This document shows, piece after piece, positions 30,439 through 40,857 of a stretch of 64,000 bases of DNA. The notes under the pieces were generated by a model. The model worked only from the letters and a program-made list of their open reading frames with translations. It did no database searches and was not told where the DNA came from. Source of the DNA: an uncultured delta proteobacterium (GTDB taxonomy: Bacteria > Desulfobacterota > Binatia > Binatales > Binataceae); contig CAWJET010000001.1 in the NCBI GenBank assembly GCA_963842085.1, positions 2,624,001 through 2,688,000 of the forward strand, given 5' to 3'. Both the position numbers and the translations under genes were made by a program. Numbering within the stretch: the stretch's first letter is position 1; every line of letters begins with the position of its first letter.

Positions 30439-31053
30439 ATGCTGGATACGATTTTCGGCGCGAACCCCGACCTCAAGCGCATGCAATCGCGATGCGCCCG
30501 CGCGCTCTTCCGCCTCGGCATCAGCGCGAACGCCGCGACGATTCTGGCCGCGATCGCCGGCATCGCGTCGGGGATCGCGTTCGCGCGCGCCTACACGACG
30601 TGGGCGATCGCCACGCTCGCGCTCAGCGCCGCCTGCGACGCGCTCGACGGCACCATCGCCCGTGAATGCGCCGCGCCCAGCCCGCTCGGCGGCGTGCTCG
30701 ACCTGTCGGCCGATCGCGTCGTCGAGGCCTGCGTAATCGTCGGCATCGCGTGGCGCGATCCCGCCCTCTATTTCCCGGCGTTAGTCCTGGTCGCCACCTG
30801 GTACGTGAACATCACGATATTTCTCGCAGTAGGAGCCGCGCTGGAAGGCCCAGGCGCCAAGCTAATCGAGTACCCACCCGGAATCCTTGAGCGCACCGAA
30901 GCGATAATTTTTTTCGTCGTGCTGGGCCTGCTGGAAGCAACCGCAATCACCCGCCCAATAGGCCCAATACTCTGCTACGCGATGGCAGCGCTGGAAATAG
31001 CAACCGGCATCCAACGCCTGCTCTTCGGCCTGCGAAAGCTGCGGGCGGAGTGA
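30439..31053 (+). CDS. CDP-alcohol phosphatidyltransferase family protein
   Basis: DALDGTIAR...GGVLDLSADR signature; ERTE. Confidence 0.9.
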   Translation: MLDTIFGANPDLKRMQSRCARALFRLGISANAATILAAIAGIASGIAFARAYTTWAIATLALSAACDALDGTIARECAAPSPLGGVLDLSADRVVEACVIVGIAWRDPALYFPALVLVATWYVNITIFLAVGAALEGPGAKLIEYPPGILERTEAIIFFVVLGLLEATAITRPIGPILCYAMAALEIATGIQRLLFGLRKLRAE

Positions 31054-31080
31054 TCTCTGCTCATTGGATGCAGCAACGCA

Positions 31081-31161
31081 GAACCGGAACCGGCGGCGCT
31101 TACGCGCCGCTGTCCGAGATCCTTTCCTGCGCTCGCGTTGCTCGCTTCGGTCAGGATGACA
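31081..31161 (+). repeat. REP-like element, family A (single copy)
   Basis: Matches the 16532 unit; inner stem GCGGCGC-ttac-GCGCCGC. Confidence 0.88.
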
Positions 31162-31196
31162 AATCATCGTCTCCATGGCGGCGGTGCCGGTTTTCC

Positions 31197-31279
31197 TAAC
31201 ACTGGGTGCAGGGTCACCCCTGCCTACTCCACCGTCACCGACTTCGCCAGGTTGCGGGGCTGATCGACGTCGGTGCCGC
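31197..31279 (-). repeat. Diverged duplicate of the glmS 3' end plus a family B palindrome
   Basis: 31224-31279 encodes GTDVDQPRNLAKSVTVE* as in 33006-33061, with 4 synonymous differences. Confidence 0.92.
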
Positions 31280-31298
31280 ACTTCTAGTGCGCTGCTGC

Positions 31299-31841
31299 TC
31301 ATCCGACTGCGGACGGAATCTGCCCGCGCAGTTCCTTGACCACATCGTTCGCGACGCTGGCGAAGATCGTTTTCCATGCGCCGATCGTATAGGCCCCGCC
31401 GAACGACACGGTCCGATGCGCATCGACCGACCCGACCAGTTTTCCACTGACGCTCTCCTTCAACTCGCAATGCAGCGTGATGACTGTGCTGCCCCATCCG
31501 GGGAGCATCCACCGCTTGAAGGCGTTACCTTCGTCATACTCGATGATTTTGGTGGCGATGGTCAGATGGTTGCCCTGCTGACCTTGCGTCCATAGCAAGT
31601 TTTCGCTTTGCAATTGTTCACTGAGCGCATCGGTGAACATCTTTTGCAGATCGACGTCGAACGTCTTGCCGGTTTCATTGCTAACCGGGCCGACTTCGAT
31701 GCGGGTGTCTGCCTTGGGCACGAAGGTGGGTTCGAATTCCGCGCTGTGGCTCACTGAGCCGCATCCGGACCCCGCCATCGCCAAACTCCCGAGCAGACAC
31801 AGTATGACGAAGTTCTTCAGTAACCACGCGCGTCGAGCCAT
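31299..31841 (-). CDS. DUF4410-like lipoprotein
   Basis: AGSGC lipobox; YDEGNAFKRWMLPGWG. Confidence 0.7.
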   Translation of the reverse strand: MARRAWLLKNFVILCLLGSLAMAGSGCGSVSHSAEFEPTFVPKADTRIEVGPVSNETGKTFDVDLQKMFTDALSEQLQSENLLWTQGQQGNHLTIATKIIEYDEGNAFKRWMLPGWGSTVITLHCELKESVSGKLVGSVDAHRTVSFGGAYTIGAWKTIFASVANDVVKELRGQIPSAVG

Positions 31842-31869
31842 AGCGGGTTGTCCTCGAAGTTGAAGCACT

Positions 31870-32386
31870 CTAGTGTTCGGCCTTCTTCACCAATTGCGCT
31901 TGAAGCTCCATGGTCTTTTCACCCTTCGGGTCCAGCTCCTGCTTCCATTGCTCGTATCCGGGAGCGTCGACCGTAACCTGAAAATGGTTGTGGCGGTACC
32001 CTTCCTGCGGCGCCAGCGTCGTTTCCGAAGCGACCGGGATCGCGCTGAACGGGAGATAGACTCCCAGACTGATGATGGTGAGGAATACGGACAGGCCCGG
32101 TTGCGTCTCCCAGAGAGTGACGTTCTTGGTGTCGCGGGCGACTTGTTGTTCATACTCGAGCGGGAATGACACCGACGTTACGCCCACATAGCGATTGTCA
32201 ACGTTCACGCTGCCTGATGGAGTACTCTGCAAGCTGAGCTGGGTCTGCTCAGTCCGGAAGTACGAACCCTGCTCCGGAGGTTGGGTCGAGCAGGCGCTCA
32301 AAAGTAGCAGCATGCTGATGACACCTGCCCGGGCCGCGCGTAGCCGTCAAAGTGACACGACTAACAGGCTGAGCGTGAATTCGCAT
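31870..32386 (-). CDS. PEGA-like lipoprotein, likely frameshifted in its signal peptide
   Basis: LSAC lipobox; STPSGSVNVDNRYVGVT, APGYEQW; ATG at 32386 is one base out of frame with the 32313 ORF. Confidence 0.6.
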
Positions 32387-32770
32387 TGATTTCTCTACCT
32401 GAGCCGGTGCGATTGGCAGGGTTGCGCTTTCACCTTGCGGCGACCGGGTTCCCGCCTGGGCCGTTTAGCTGCTCCGTGCTAGCCATCGGTTTACCCGCGA
32501 AAAATAACACGAAAGCCACCTCTCAACTACATGTTGGCTTTTGTCCGACGCGTGAACTGATACGAAATAGACCAAAGCGCCGACTCTAACATCGCGATTC
32601 CTTCGCCTCGAATCGCGTGGTTACCCTCGAGCACGATGGAATCTGCTACTCGATGAGCTGAGCGCGAAGCAGCGGCCGCACTTGACGCAGCAACCAGCGC
32701 GACTGTTCCTTAACCCACTTCTAACAGGACCCTACGAGTGCTCAGGGTAAACTCCGCCCGCATCATGTTT

Positions 32771-32958
32771 TAACACTGGGTGCAGGGGTCACCCCTGCCC
32801 AGGGATGCGCGAAACCCACGGCGGGTTTCGCAGGCAGAAAAAATCGGGTTCCTTCGCTGCGCTCTGGATGACACAAAGTAAGCAGGCCGGCTTTTGTGGC
32901 GTTGCCAGGGTGAGGCTGCGGAAAGATCCGGGGTCCCTCCGCTACGGTCGGGATGACG
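32771..32958. repeat. Cluster of palindromes (family B at 32776-32799; family A termini at 32846-32873 and 32930-32958)
   Basis: GGGTTCCTTCGCTGCGCTCTGGATGACA; GGTCCCTCCGCTACGGTCGGGATGACG; hairpin GCGAAACCC-acggc-GGGTTTCGC. Confidence 0.78.
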
Positions 32959-33005
32959 GAAGGGGAACGGCATCATGCGTCACCTGCTCCGTCACCTACC
33001 CCTGC

Positions 33006-34835
33006 CTACTCGACCGTGACCGACTTGGCGAGGTTGCGGGGCTGATCGACGTCGGTGCCGCGTTCCGACGCGATGTGATAGGCGAGCAACTGGAGCGGTA
33101 CCGTCATCAGCACCGGCGTCAGCATCCGGTTCGTCTCCGGGACCTCGATAATTTCCCCGACGCTTTTCAGCTCGGCAGTCGCGTGATTAGTCACCGCGAT
33201 AATCCGGCCGTTGCGCGATTCGACTTCCTTGAGATTCGACATCGTCTTTTCGAACAGATCGTCATTGGGAATTATCACCACCACCGGCATCTTGTCGTCG
33301 ATAAGCGCGATCGGCCCGTGCTTCATCTCGCCCGCGGAATAACCCTCGGCGTGGATGTAGGAAATTTCCTTGAGTTTGAGCGCGCCCTCCAGCGCGATCG
33401 GGTAGTTGATGCCGCGGCCAAGGAACAGGAAGTCCTTGGCCGGCGCGTACTTGCGCGCGATATTCTGAATATTCGGCTCGCTCTCGAATATCGTTTTGAT
33501 CTGTCCGGGGATCGCGAACGCCGGCTTTAACAACTGGGCGGAGTCCGCGTCGGACAGGCGTCCCATCCGCGCCGCCAGGTGAATCGCGAACAGGTAGTAA
33601 GCCTCGAGCTGAGTGAGAAAGCATTTGGTGGTGGTGACGCTCGTCTCGGGACCGCATCGCGTGTACAACTGCGCGTCGGCCTTGCGCGCGATCGACGAGT
33701 CCACGGTGTTGGTGATTGCCAGCAGATGCGCGCCGTGCGCGCGTCCTTCTTCCATCGCGGCGATCGTGTCGGCGGTCTCGCCCGACTGCGACACGGCGAT
33801 GATCATCGTGCGGTCGTCGATCGGCGGCCGCCGATAGCGGAACTCGGATGAGTAATCGACCTCGACTGGAATCCCGGCGAGTTCCTCGATCATGAACTTG
33901 GCCACCTGCGCCGTGATCCACGACGCGCCCGCACCCAGCATCACGATTCGCCCGATCGCCGCAGGCCCGCCCGCCGGCAGCAATTCGCCTTCGAAGCGCA
34001 CCGTGGGTGAGCCTGCGTCCGCTCGCCCCGCCATCGTGTCGATCCATGCCTGCGGCTGGTCGTTGATTTCCTTGCGCAGGTAATGGCGAAAGCCGCCCTT
34101 GGTCGCGCCGACGGCGTCCCATTCGACTTGACGGGGCGCGCGACTGACCGCGGTACCGTCGAACTTCATCAGCCGCGCGGCGGTGGCCGTGACCTCGGCC
34201 AGCTCGCCGTCCTCGAGCACTATCGCGCGGCGCGTGTGTTCTAGAATCGCGGGAATATCCGAAGCGATGAAGTTCTCGCCGTCGCCCAGCCCCAGCACCA
34301 ACGGCGTCGCGGTCTTGGCGGCGACCAGCGTGCCGGGCTCGGTTTCCGACAGCACGACGATCGAGAACGAACCGCGGAGTCGCAGGACGGCCTCGCGCAC
34401 GGCCTCGGTCAGCCCGCGACCGCCTTTGAGCTTCTCCTCGATCAGGTGCGAAATGAGCTCGGTATCGGTTTCGGAGCGCAGTTTGTGCCCGCGCGCGAGC
34501 AGCTCGGTGCGCAGCTCGATGAAATTCTCGACGATACCGTTGTGGATGACTGCGACCGGGCCGGCTTTGTGCGGATGCGCGTTTTCCTCGGACGGGCGGC
34601 CGTGCGTTGCCCATCGTGTGTGCCCGATTCCGATATGGCCGCGCAGGGGCGAGTCGGCCAGTAGCAGGCGCAGGTTTTCGAGCTTGCCCTTCGCGCGGCG
34701 AATTTCGAGCTTGCCGCTATCGACGATCGTTGCGATGCCGGCCGAATCGTAACCGCGGTACTCCAGGCGGCCCAGTCCTTCGAGCAGGATAGGGTAGGCC
34801 TCGCTCGGCCCGACGTAGCCGATTATTCCGCACAT
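33006..34835 (-). CDS. glmS: Glutamine--fructose-6-phosphate aminotransferase
   Basis: MCGIIG start, LEYRGYDSAG, GHTRWATHG, SQSGETADT, GEMKHGP, PRNLAKSVTVE. Confidence 0.98.
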   Translation of the reverse strand: MCGIIGYVGPSEAYPILLEGLGRLEYRGYDSAGIATIVDSGKLEIRRAKGKLENLRLLLADSPLRGHIGIGHTRWATHGRPSEENAHPHKAGPVAVIHNGIVENFIELRTELLARGHKLRSETDTELISHLIEEKLKGGRGLTEAVREAVLRLRGSFSIVVLSETEPGTLVAAKTATPLVLGLGDGENFIASDIPAILEHTRRAIVLEDGELAEVTATAARLMKFDGTAVSRAPRQVEWDAVGATKGGFRHYLRKEINDQPQAWIDTMAGRADAGSPTVRFEGELLPAGGPAAIGRIVMLGAGASWITAQVAKFMIEELAGIPVEVDYSSEFRYRRPPIDDRTMIIAVSQSGETADTIAAMEEGRAHGAHLLAITNTVDSSIARKADAQLYTRCGPETSVTTTKCFLTQLEAYYLFAIHLAARMGRLSDADSAQLLKPAFAIPGQIKTIFESEPNIQNIARKYAPAKDFLFLGRGINYPIALEGALKLKEISYIHAEGYSAGEMKHGPIALIDDKMPVVVIIPNDDLFEKTMSNLKEVESRNGRIIAVTNHATAELKSVGEIIEVPETNRMLTPVLMTVPLQLLAYHIASERGTDVDQPRNLAKSVTVE

Positions 34836-34965
34836 GATGGTTCGCTCCTTTCCCTGCAAACGCAGGGAAGGTTACAGAGTTGTTCCGACGCACACAGACG
34901 GAGCGAAACGATAGCCAAATGATTCTGTCAGGAGAGTTTAGAAAATCACGTCAGAGCAGGATGCT

Positions 34966-35120
34966 CTGCCACTGGAGGCGTTTTTTGTCGCGCGGTCGCC
35001 CGCACGGTTTGTTCACTACTCGCCTCTATCGACTGTGGAGCCGGGAAGCCATCCGCCGAATCTTTCGATACTGCTTCCACCTCGTCAACTCATGCGATGC
35101 GCATGAGTCCTGGCGCTACT
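34966..35120 (-). ncRNA. glmS ribozyme (GlcN6P-activated self-cleaving riboswitch)
   Basis: Minus strand reads UAGCGCCAGGACUCAUGCG-cau-CGCAUGAGUUGACGAGG...AUCGAA-aga-UUCGGCGGAU..CUUCCCGG; P4 GAGGCG/CGCCUC with a GCGA tetraloop stem; lies 5' of glmS. Confidence 0.95.
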
Positions 35121-35209
35121 CTCGATTGTCGTCTTCTATCGCTTCGACCGTCACCTCGTTCCGATGATTATTTCTTTTCAGGAGACTTGGTTCAAGCTAC
35201 GTGATGACA

Positions 35210-36631
35210 TCAATCATGCTTCTTGCGCCGCAGGTTGCCGTCGGGGCTGTCGTTGTGGCGCTTGCGCCAGGTTGCCATCCAGCCGGACTTTTCGCGCTGC
35301 GGGTGGTGCGACATCACGAGCGCGCCGTCGGGCACCTCGCGGACGATCGTCGTTCCTGACGCCACGTACACGTCGCTGCCGACTTTCACCGGCGCGACCA
35401 GTTGCGTATCGCATCCGACCATGCAGCGGTCGCCGATCTCCGTGTGATGCTTGTCGTAGCCGTCGTAGTTCACGGTTATGACGCCGCATCCGATGTTGGT
35501 GTCGGCGCCGATTGTGGCGTCGCCGAGGTAACTCAGATGGCTGGCCTTGGTGCCGCGTCCGATGCGCGCCTTCTTAGTCTCGACGAAATTGCCAATCCGG
35601 TTGTGGCCGGCGAGTTCGGTGCCGGCGCGCAGGTTGGCGAACGGGCCAATTTCGGAGTCCTCGCCGATCACGCAGTCCTCGGCGCGCACGCCCAGCTTCA
35701 GATGGCATCGCGGGCCAATCGTCACGTTGCTGAGCCATGCGGTGCCGTCGATTCGCACGCCCTCGCCGAGCTTGCACGCGCCGAGAATCTGGACGTTGGG
35801 GCCGATCACGCAGTCGCGCGCGATTTCCGCCTGCTCCGAGATGTAGGTGCATGCGGGATCGACGAGCGTCACGCCGGATTGCATCAGTTTTCGGTTAACG
35901 GCTGCACGAATTTCCGCTTCCATATTTGCCAGCTCCTCACGCGAGTTGATGCCGGCGAATTCCGCCGGGTCATCAGCAACCCACGTTTCAATTCTTTCGC
36001 TACGCGCGCGCGCGATCGCAACGATATCGGTCAAGTAATACTCATCCTGGGCGTTGCCCGGCTTCAGTTCCGCAATCGCGGACCGGAGCAGGGCGCAATC
36101 GACCAAATAGCAGCCGGTGTTGATTTCCTTGATGGCGCGCTCGGCGGGCGACGCGTCGCGGAACTCGACGATTTTCTCGACCTTGCCGCCGGCGTCGCGC
36201 ATCACGCGGCCATAGGCGGCGGGATCGTCGAGAATGATACTGATGAACGAGAGCTTTGCGCGGCGCTTTCGATGTGCGTCGAGGAAGGCGCGCAGGGTTG
36301 ACGACTTGATGGTGGGCATGTCGCCGTAGGTGATCAGCACGTCACCGGTGAAGTTGGCGGGGAGCCGATCGAGGGCGCATCGCGCGGCGTCGCCGGTGCC
36401 GCGCTGCGGCTCCTGGAGCGCGAATCGCGCGTTCGGGGAGTTTACAGCGGCTGCGACTTCGCGCGCCTGGTGGCCGACGACGACGATGATTGGATCGGCG
36501 TCGATCGCGGCGACGGCGCGAACTGCGCGCGCGATCATCGGTTCTCCGCCAAGCTCGTGCAGGACCTTGGCGCGCTTCGAGCGCATCCTGGTCCCTTTGC
36601 CCGCGGCAAGGACGATCGTGGCGACGCTCAT
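35210..36631 (-). CDS. glmU: Bifunctional UDP-GlcNAc pyrophosphorylase/GlcN-1-P acetyltransferase
   Basis: LAAGKGTRM, GTGDA, YGD, EINTG, EYYLTD, GNFVETK, HLSYLGDA, NYDG. Confidence 0.97.
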   Translation of the reverse strand: MSVATIVLAAGKGTRMRSKRAKVLHELGGEPMIARAVRAVAAIDADPIIVVVGHQAREVAAAVNSPNARFALQEPQRGTGDAARCALDRLPANFTGDVLITYGDMPTIKSSTLRAFLDAHRKRRAKLSFISIILDDPAAYGRVMRDAGGKVEKIVEFRDASPAERAIKEINTGCYLVDCALLRSAIAELKPGNAQDEYYLTDIVAIARARSERIETWVADDPAEFAGINSREELANMEAEIRAAVNRKLMQSGVTLVDPACTYISEQAEIARDCVIGPNVQILGACKLGEGVRIDGTAWLSNVTIGPRCHLKLGVRAEDCVIGEDSEIGPFANLRAGTELAGHNRIGNFVETKKARIGRGTKASHLSYLGDATIGADTNIGCGVITVNYDGYDKHHTEIGDRCMVGCDTQLVAPVKVGSDVYVASGTTIVREVPDGALVMSHHPQREKSGWMATWRKRHNDSPDGNLRRKKHD

Positions 36632-36643
36632 GATCGCTGCGCG

Positions 36644-37072
36644 CTATTCGTAGTCATCGAAGTTCGAGACTTTCCACGTGTCGCCAGCCTTGCGCGCCGT
36701 TATCATCCAGTTGCGATTGAAGGTGCCGCCGTCGGGCACGTCGATGGTCGCGCGAAACAGGAACTGGATGTGGTCGGGGGCGTCGCGCTCGGCGGTGAGT
36801 TTGTAATGCACGGTGGGCTTGCGGGTGTTGGCGTCGATTTTCTGATCGCCGATTAGCTGCATCTCGCGATGAAGCTTGTCGAGCGCCAGGCCGGTGCAGA
36901 ATGGCTCGGCCGCCTTCAGATCGATCGCCACGTAGTATTGGTCGATGAAGCGATCGGCGACGCCGCGCGCGCTATTGGCCGGATGGCATCCGGTGGCGGC
37001 GAGCGAAGCGAGGGCCGCGACGAAGAGAAGCTCGGCGCAGCGGTCACGAAGCAGGGTGCGGCGCGATGTCAT
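36644..37072 (-). CDS. Hypothetical lipoprotein
   Basis: LAATGC lipobox; start overlaps the upstream gene's stop. Confidence 0.65.
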   Translation of the reverse strand: MTSRRTLLRDRCAELLFVAALASLAATGCHPANSARGVADRFIDQYYVAIDLKAAEPFCTGLALDKLHREMQLIGDQKIDANTRKPTVHYKLTAERDAPDHIQFLFRATIDVPDGGTFNRNWMITARKAGDTWKVSNFDDYE

Positions 37073-37356
37073 GATTTTTTCTTGAAGAGAGCCTCCAGCT
37101 TGTCCTGCGCGCCAGATTTCGCGAGCGGCTTTGCGGCCGCGTCGCTCGGAAAAAAGTATTCGCAAAAATTAAATCGGTCCTTGTCCACCACCCGCTCCGC
37201 CATCGTCTCGCGGCAACTGTTGTTGTAGGCCGGATCGTAAAAGCCGCAGTTGCGGCATGCGTGGAGCGCGCGGCCGCATCCGGGACACTCGTCGCGAAAA
37301 CCGATGCGGTCGCCGGCGAGGACTTCGATTTTTCTGGTGCAATGCCAACAGTTCAT
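37069..37356 (-). CDS. Small Cys-rich Zn-binding protein
   Basis: MNCWHC...RDECPGC...LHACRNCGFYD...CRE...NFCEYF. Confidence 0.8.
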   Translation of the reverse strand: MNCWHCTRKIEVLAGDRIGFRDECPGCGRALHACRNCGFYDPAYNNSCRETMAERVVDKDRFNFCEYFFPSDAAAKPLAKSGAQDKLEALFKKKS

Positions 37357-37434
37357 AGCCAGGCGTAGAGTTCTGCGTGCGGTGGAAAGGCGCGCTTTTT
37401 CGGCCGAATCGCCGCTGATAGCATAACCACTCAG

Positions 37435-38364
37435 ATGGGTGCGCGCGAGATGATGGAAGCAGAGGTAGAAGCGTTTGCAGCGGCGCTCAGGAAGGCGTCG
37501 CGCGCGGCGGACAATACGGTGACGAACTATCGCCGCGACCTGCTCGCGTTCCGAAGTTTTTTGCTCGAGCGGGCGGCGCTGGTTGGCAGACGAGTCGATG
37601 AAATCGACGTCGCGAGTATCACGGCAGATCACATCCGCAGCTACCTGTCTGAACTGATGAAAAACAAAGCCGCACGCGCGACCGTCCAGCGCCGACTGAG
37701 CGCGATCAAGGCATTTTTCCGGTATCGCGAGACGACGATTGGCGCGGCAAGTCCGGCGCGATCGATTCGCTCGCCGAAAAACGAACGGCGCTTGCCGTCG
37801 ATACTACAGGAGGACGAGGTTCGCCGCCTGCTCGAGTTTTCGTTGTCGCCGGATGACTCGACGCCCGCGTCGATACGCGACCGCGCGATCTTTGAGACAC
37901 TCTACTCGTCGGGGCTCCGCGTGGGCGAGCTGGTCGGGCTTGACTGGCGCGATATCGACGAAGAGCTCGGAATGGTGATGGTGCGCGCGGGCAAGGGCAA
38001 CAAGGATCGGCTGGTGCCGCTGGGCGAGCCGGCGTTGGATGCGTTGCTCGCGTGGCGCCGCGCGATGCCGGTGGCGTGGGAGCACAATGGTCCCGTGATC
38101 ACAAATCTTCGCGGCGGCCGGCTGACGACGCGCAGCGTCGAGATGATTCTGCAGCGCAGAATCGAGGCGGCGGGCGTCACTGCGGGCGTCACGCCGCATG
38201 GGCTGCGTCACTCATTCGCAACGCATATGCTTGGCAATGGAGCCGATTTGCGGTCGATACAGGAGATGCTCGGCCATGCGAGCCTGGCAACGACGCAGCG
38301 CTATACTCATGTCAGCGTGAATCATTTGAAAGAGGTTTATCGACGTGCCTTCCCACGAGTCTGA
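37435..38364 (+). CDS. xerC: Tyrosine recombinase XerC
   Basis: [42 protein letters not shown]; directly upstream of hslV. Confidence 0.92.
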   Translation: MGAREMMEAEVEAFAAALRKASRAADNTVTNYRRDLLAFRSFLLERAALVGRRVDEIDVASITADHIRSYLSELMKNKAARATVQRRLSAIKAFFRYRETTIGAASPARSIRSPKNERRLPSILQEDEVRRLLEFSLSPDDSTPASIRDRAIFETLYSSGLRVGELVGLDWRDIDEELGMVMVRAGKGNKDRLVPLGEPALDALLAWRRAMPVAWEHNGPVITNLRGGRLTTRSVEMILQRRIEAAGVTAGVTPHGLRHSFATHMLGNGADLRSIQEMLGHASLATTQRYTHVSVNHLKEVYRRAFPRV

Positions 38365-38917
38365 CCAGGGTATCGAGCCGGGCGCCGAAATTCGCCACAC
38401 GACCATTCTGAGCGTGCGCCACGAGGGCCACGTCGTAATGGCGGGTGACGGGCAGGTGAGCGTTGGGCAAACGATCATGAAGGCCAAGGCGAAGAAGGTG
38501 CGCCGGCTGCATCAGGATCGCGTGCTGGCGGGATTCGCAGGCTCGACCGCGGACGCGCTGACGCTGTTCGACAAGTTCGAATCGAAGCTGCAGGAATATA
38601 ACGGCGTGCTTCGGCGCGCGGCGGTCGAGCTGGCCAAGGATTGGCGCACGGATCGAATCCTGCGCCGGCTCGAGGCGATGCTGGTAGTCGCGGACAAGGA
38701 AAGCTCGCTGCTTATTTCGGGCGTCGGCGACGTGCTCGAGCCCGACGATGGAATCCTGGCGATCGGATCGGGCGGCAACTACGCGTTATCGGCGGCGCGC
38801 GCGCTGGTACGGCACGGCTCGGGGATGACGGCGCGACAGATCGCCGAAGGCGCGATGAAAATCGCCTCGGAGGTCTGCGTTTACACCAACGATCAATTCG
38901 TGTTCGAAGAGTTGTAG
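38345..38917 (+). CDS. hslV: ATP-dependent protease subunit HslV
   Basis: [35 protein letters not shown]. Confidence 0.97.
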   Translation: MPSHESDQGIEPGAEIRHTTILSVRHEGHVVMAGDGQVSVGQTIMKAKAKKVRRLHQDRVLAGFAGSTADALTLFDKFESKLQEYNGVLRRAAVELAKDWRTDRILRRLEAMLVVADKESSLLISGVGDVLEPDDGILAIGSGGNYALSAARALVRHGSGMTARQIAEGAMKIASEVCVYTNDQFVFEEL

Positions 38918-38942
38918 CCACAGGATCCGGGAATCCAACGAG

Positions 38943-40313
<1,371 letters not shown>

Positions 40314-40368
40314 CTCCGGTCCACTCGTTGCAGTGGTATTAACCGCCGCACAGGCGATGGGTTGTGCC

Positions 40369-40448
40369 GCGGGCGCAATACTGTTTCTGATTTCCTTTTC
40401 TTGAGAAGGTTCACCCGCGCGTGAAAGTGGTCATCCAATCGAACCGCC
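40369..40448 (+). repeat. Decayed duplicate of the argB upstream region and first codons
   Basis: 18-bp identity GCGGGCGCAATACTGTTT with 42596-42613; alignable through GCGTGAAAG...CAATCGA. Confidence 0.85.
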
Positions 40449-40480
40449 CGGGGGCGTTTTAATCCGAAAATCGATTAAAC

Positions 40481-40663
40481 TTACAACTGCGGGTAAATCG
40501 GGATGCAGGCCAGGCGCAAATCGTGAAGCCTTATCGTTTGTGGAAGAGAGACCTTTTTCAGGATACGCTTAAACTCCGCGTCAATGCGTCTCGGCTCGAT
40601 AGGCGTCCCATTTCTCGTTGTGAAAGCGAGACCGTTATCCTTCAATTCTTCGCAATGACCCAA
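40481..40663 (-). pseudogene. Fragment of a phage/ICE-type tyrosine integrase catalytic domain
   Basis: GLAFTTRNGTPIEPRR...FKRILKK...IRLHDLR, then truncated; no LGH or catalytic Tyr. Confidence 0.75.
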
Positions 40664-40857
40664 AATGACCCAAAACCCGAAAACTCAACTTCCGGTTGGC
40701 TTGGTTTTGCGGAGCAGATCACAGGTCCAATCCCCCCGCTTTCAACTGTCCAGTTTTTGGGGTTCATTTCAGATTGGGCCAGACGATGAGAATCTGGAGC
40801 CATGGGCTGGCGCACCTGCCTATTGCCTTGACATGAACTAAGCGGAAGGAATGAACG

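Noticed and set aside
30781-31053. A-rich patch as a diversity-generating retroelement variable region
   Set aside because: No template repeat or reverse transcriptase, and the shift is toward A at synonymous sites, the opposite of DGR A-to-N mutagenesis.
31197-33005. Tn7-like transposon downstream of glmS
   Set aside because: No tns genes, no TGT...ACA ends with repeated TnsB sites recognised, and the duplication is 56 bp of coding sequence rather than a 5-bp target duplication.
37435-38364. Tyrosine recombinase as an integron or island integrase
   Set aside because: Size, motifs and the xerC-hslVU context fit housekeeping XerC; no IntI-specific insertion and no attC sites were seen.
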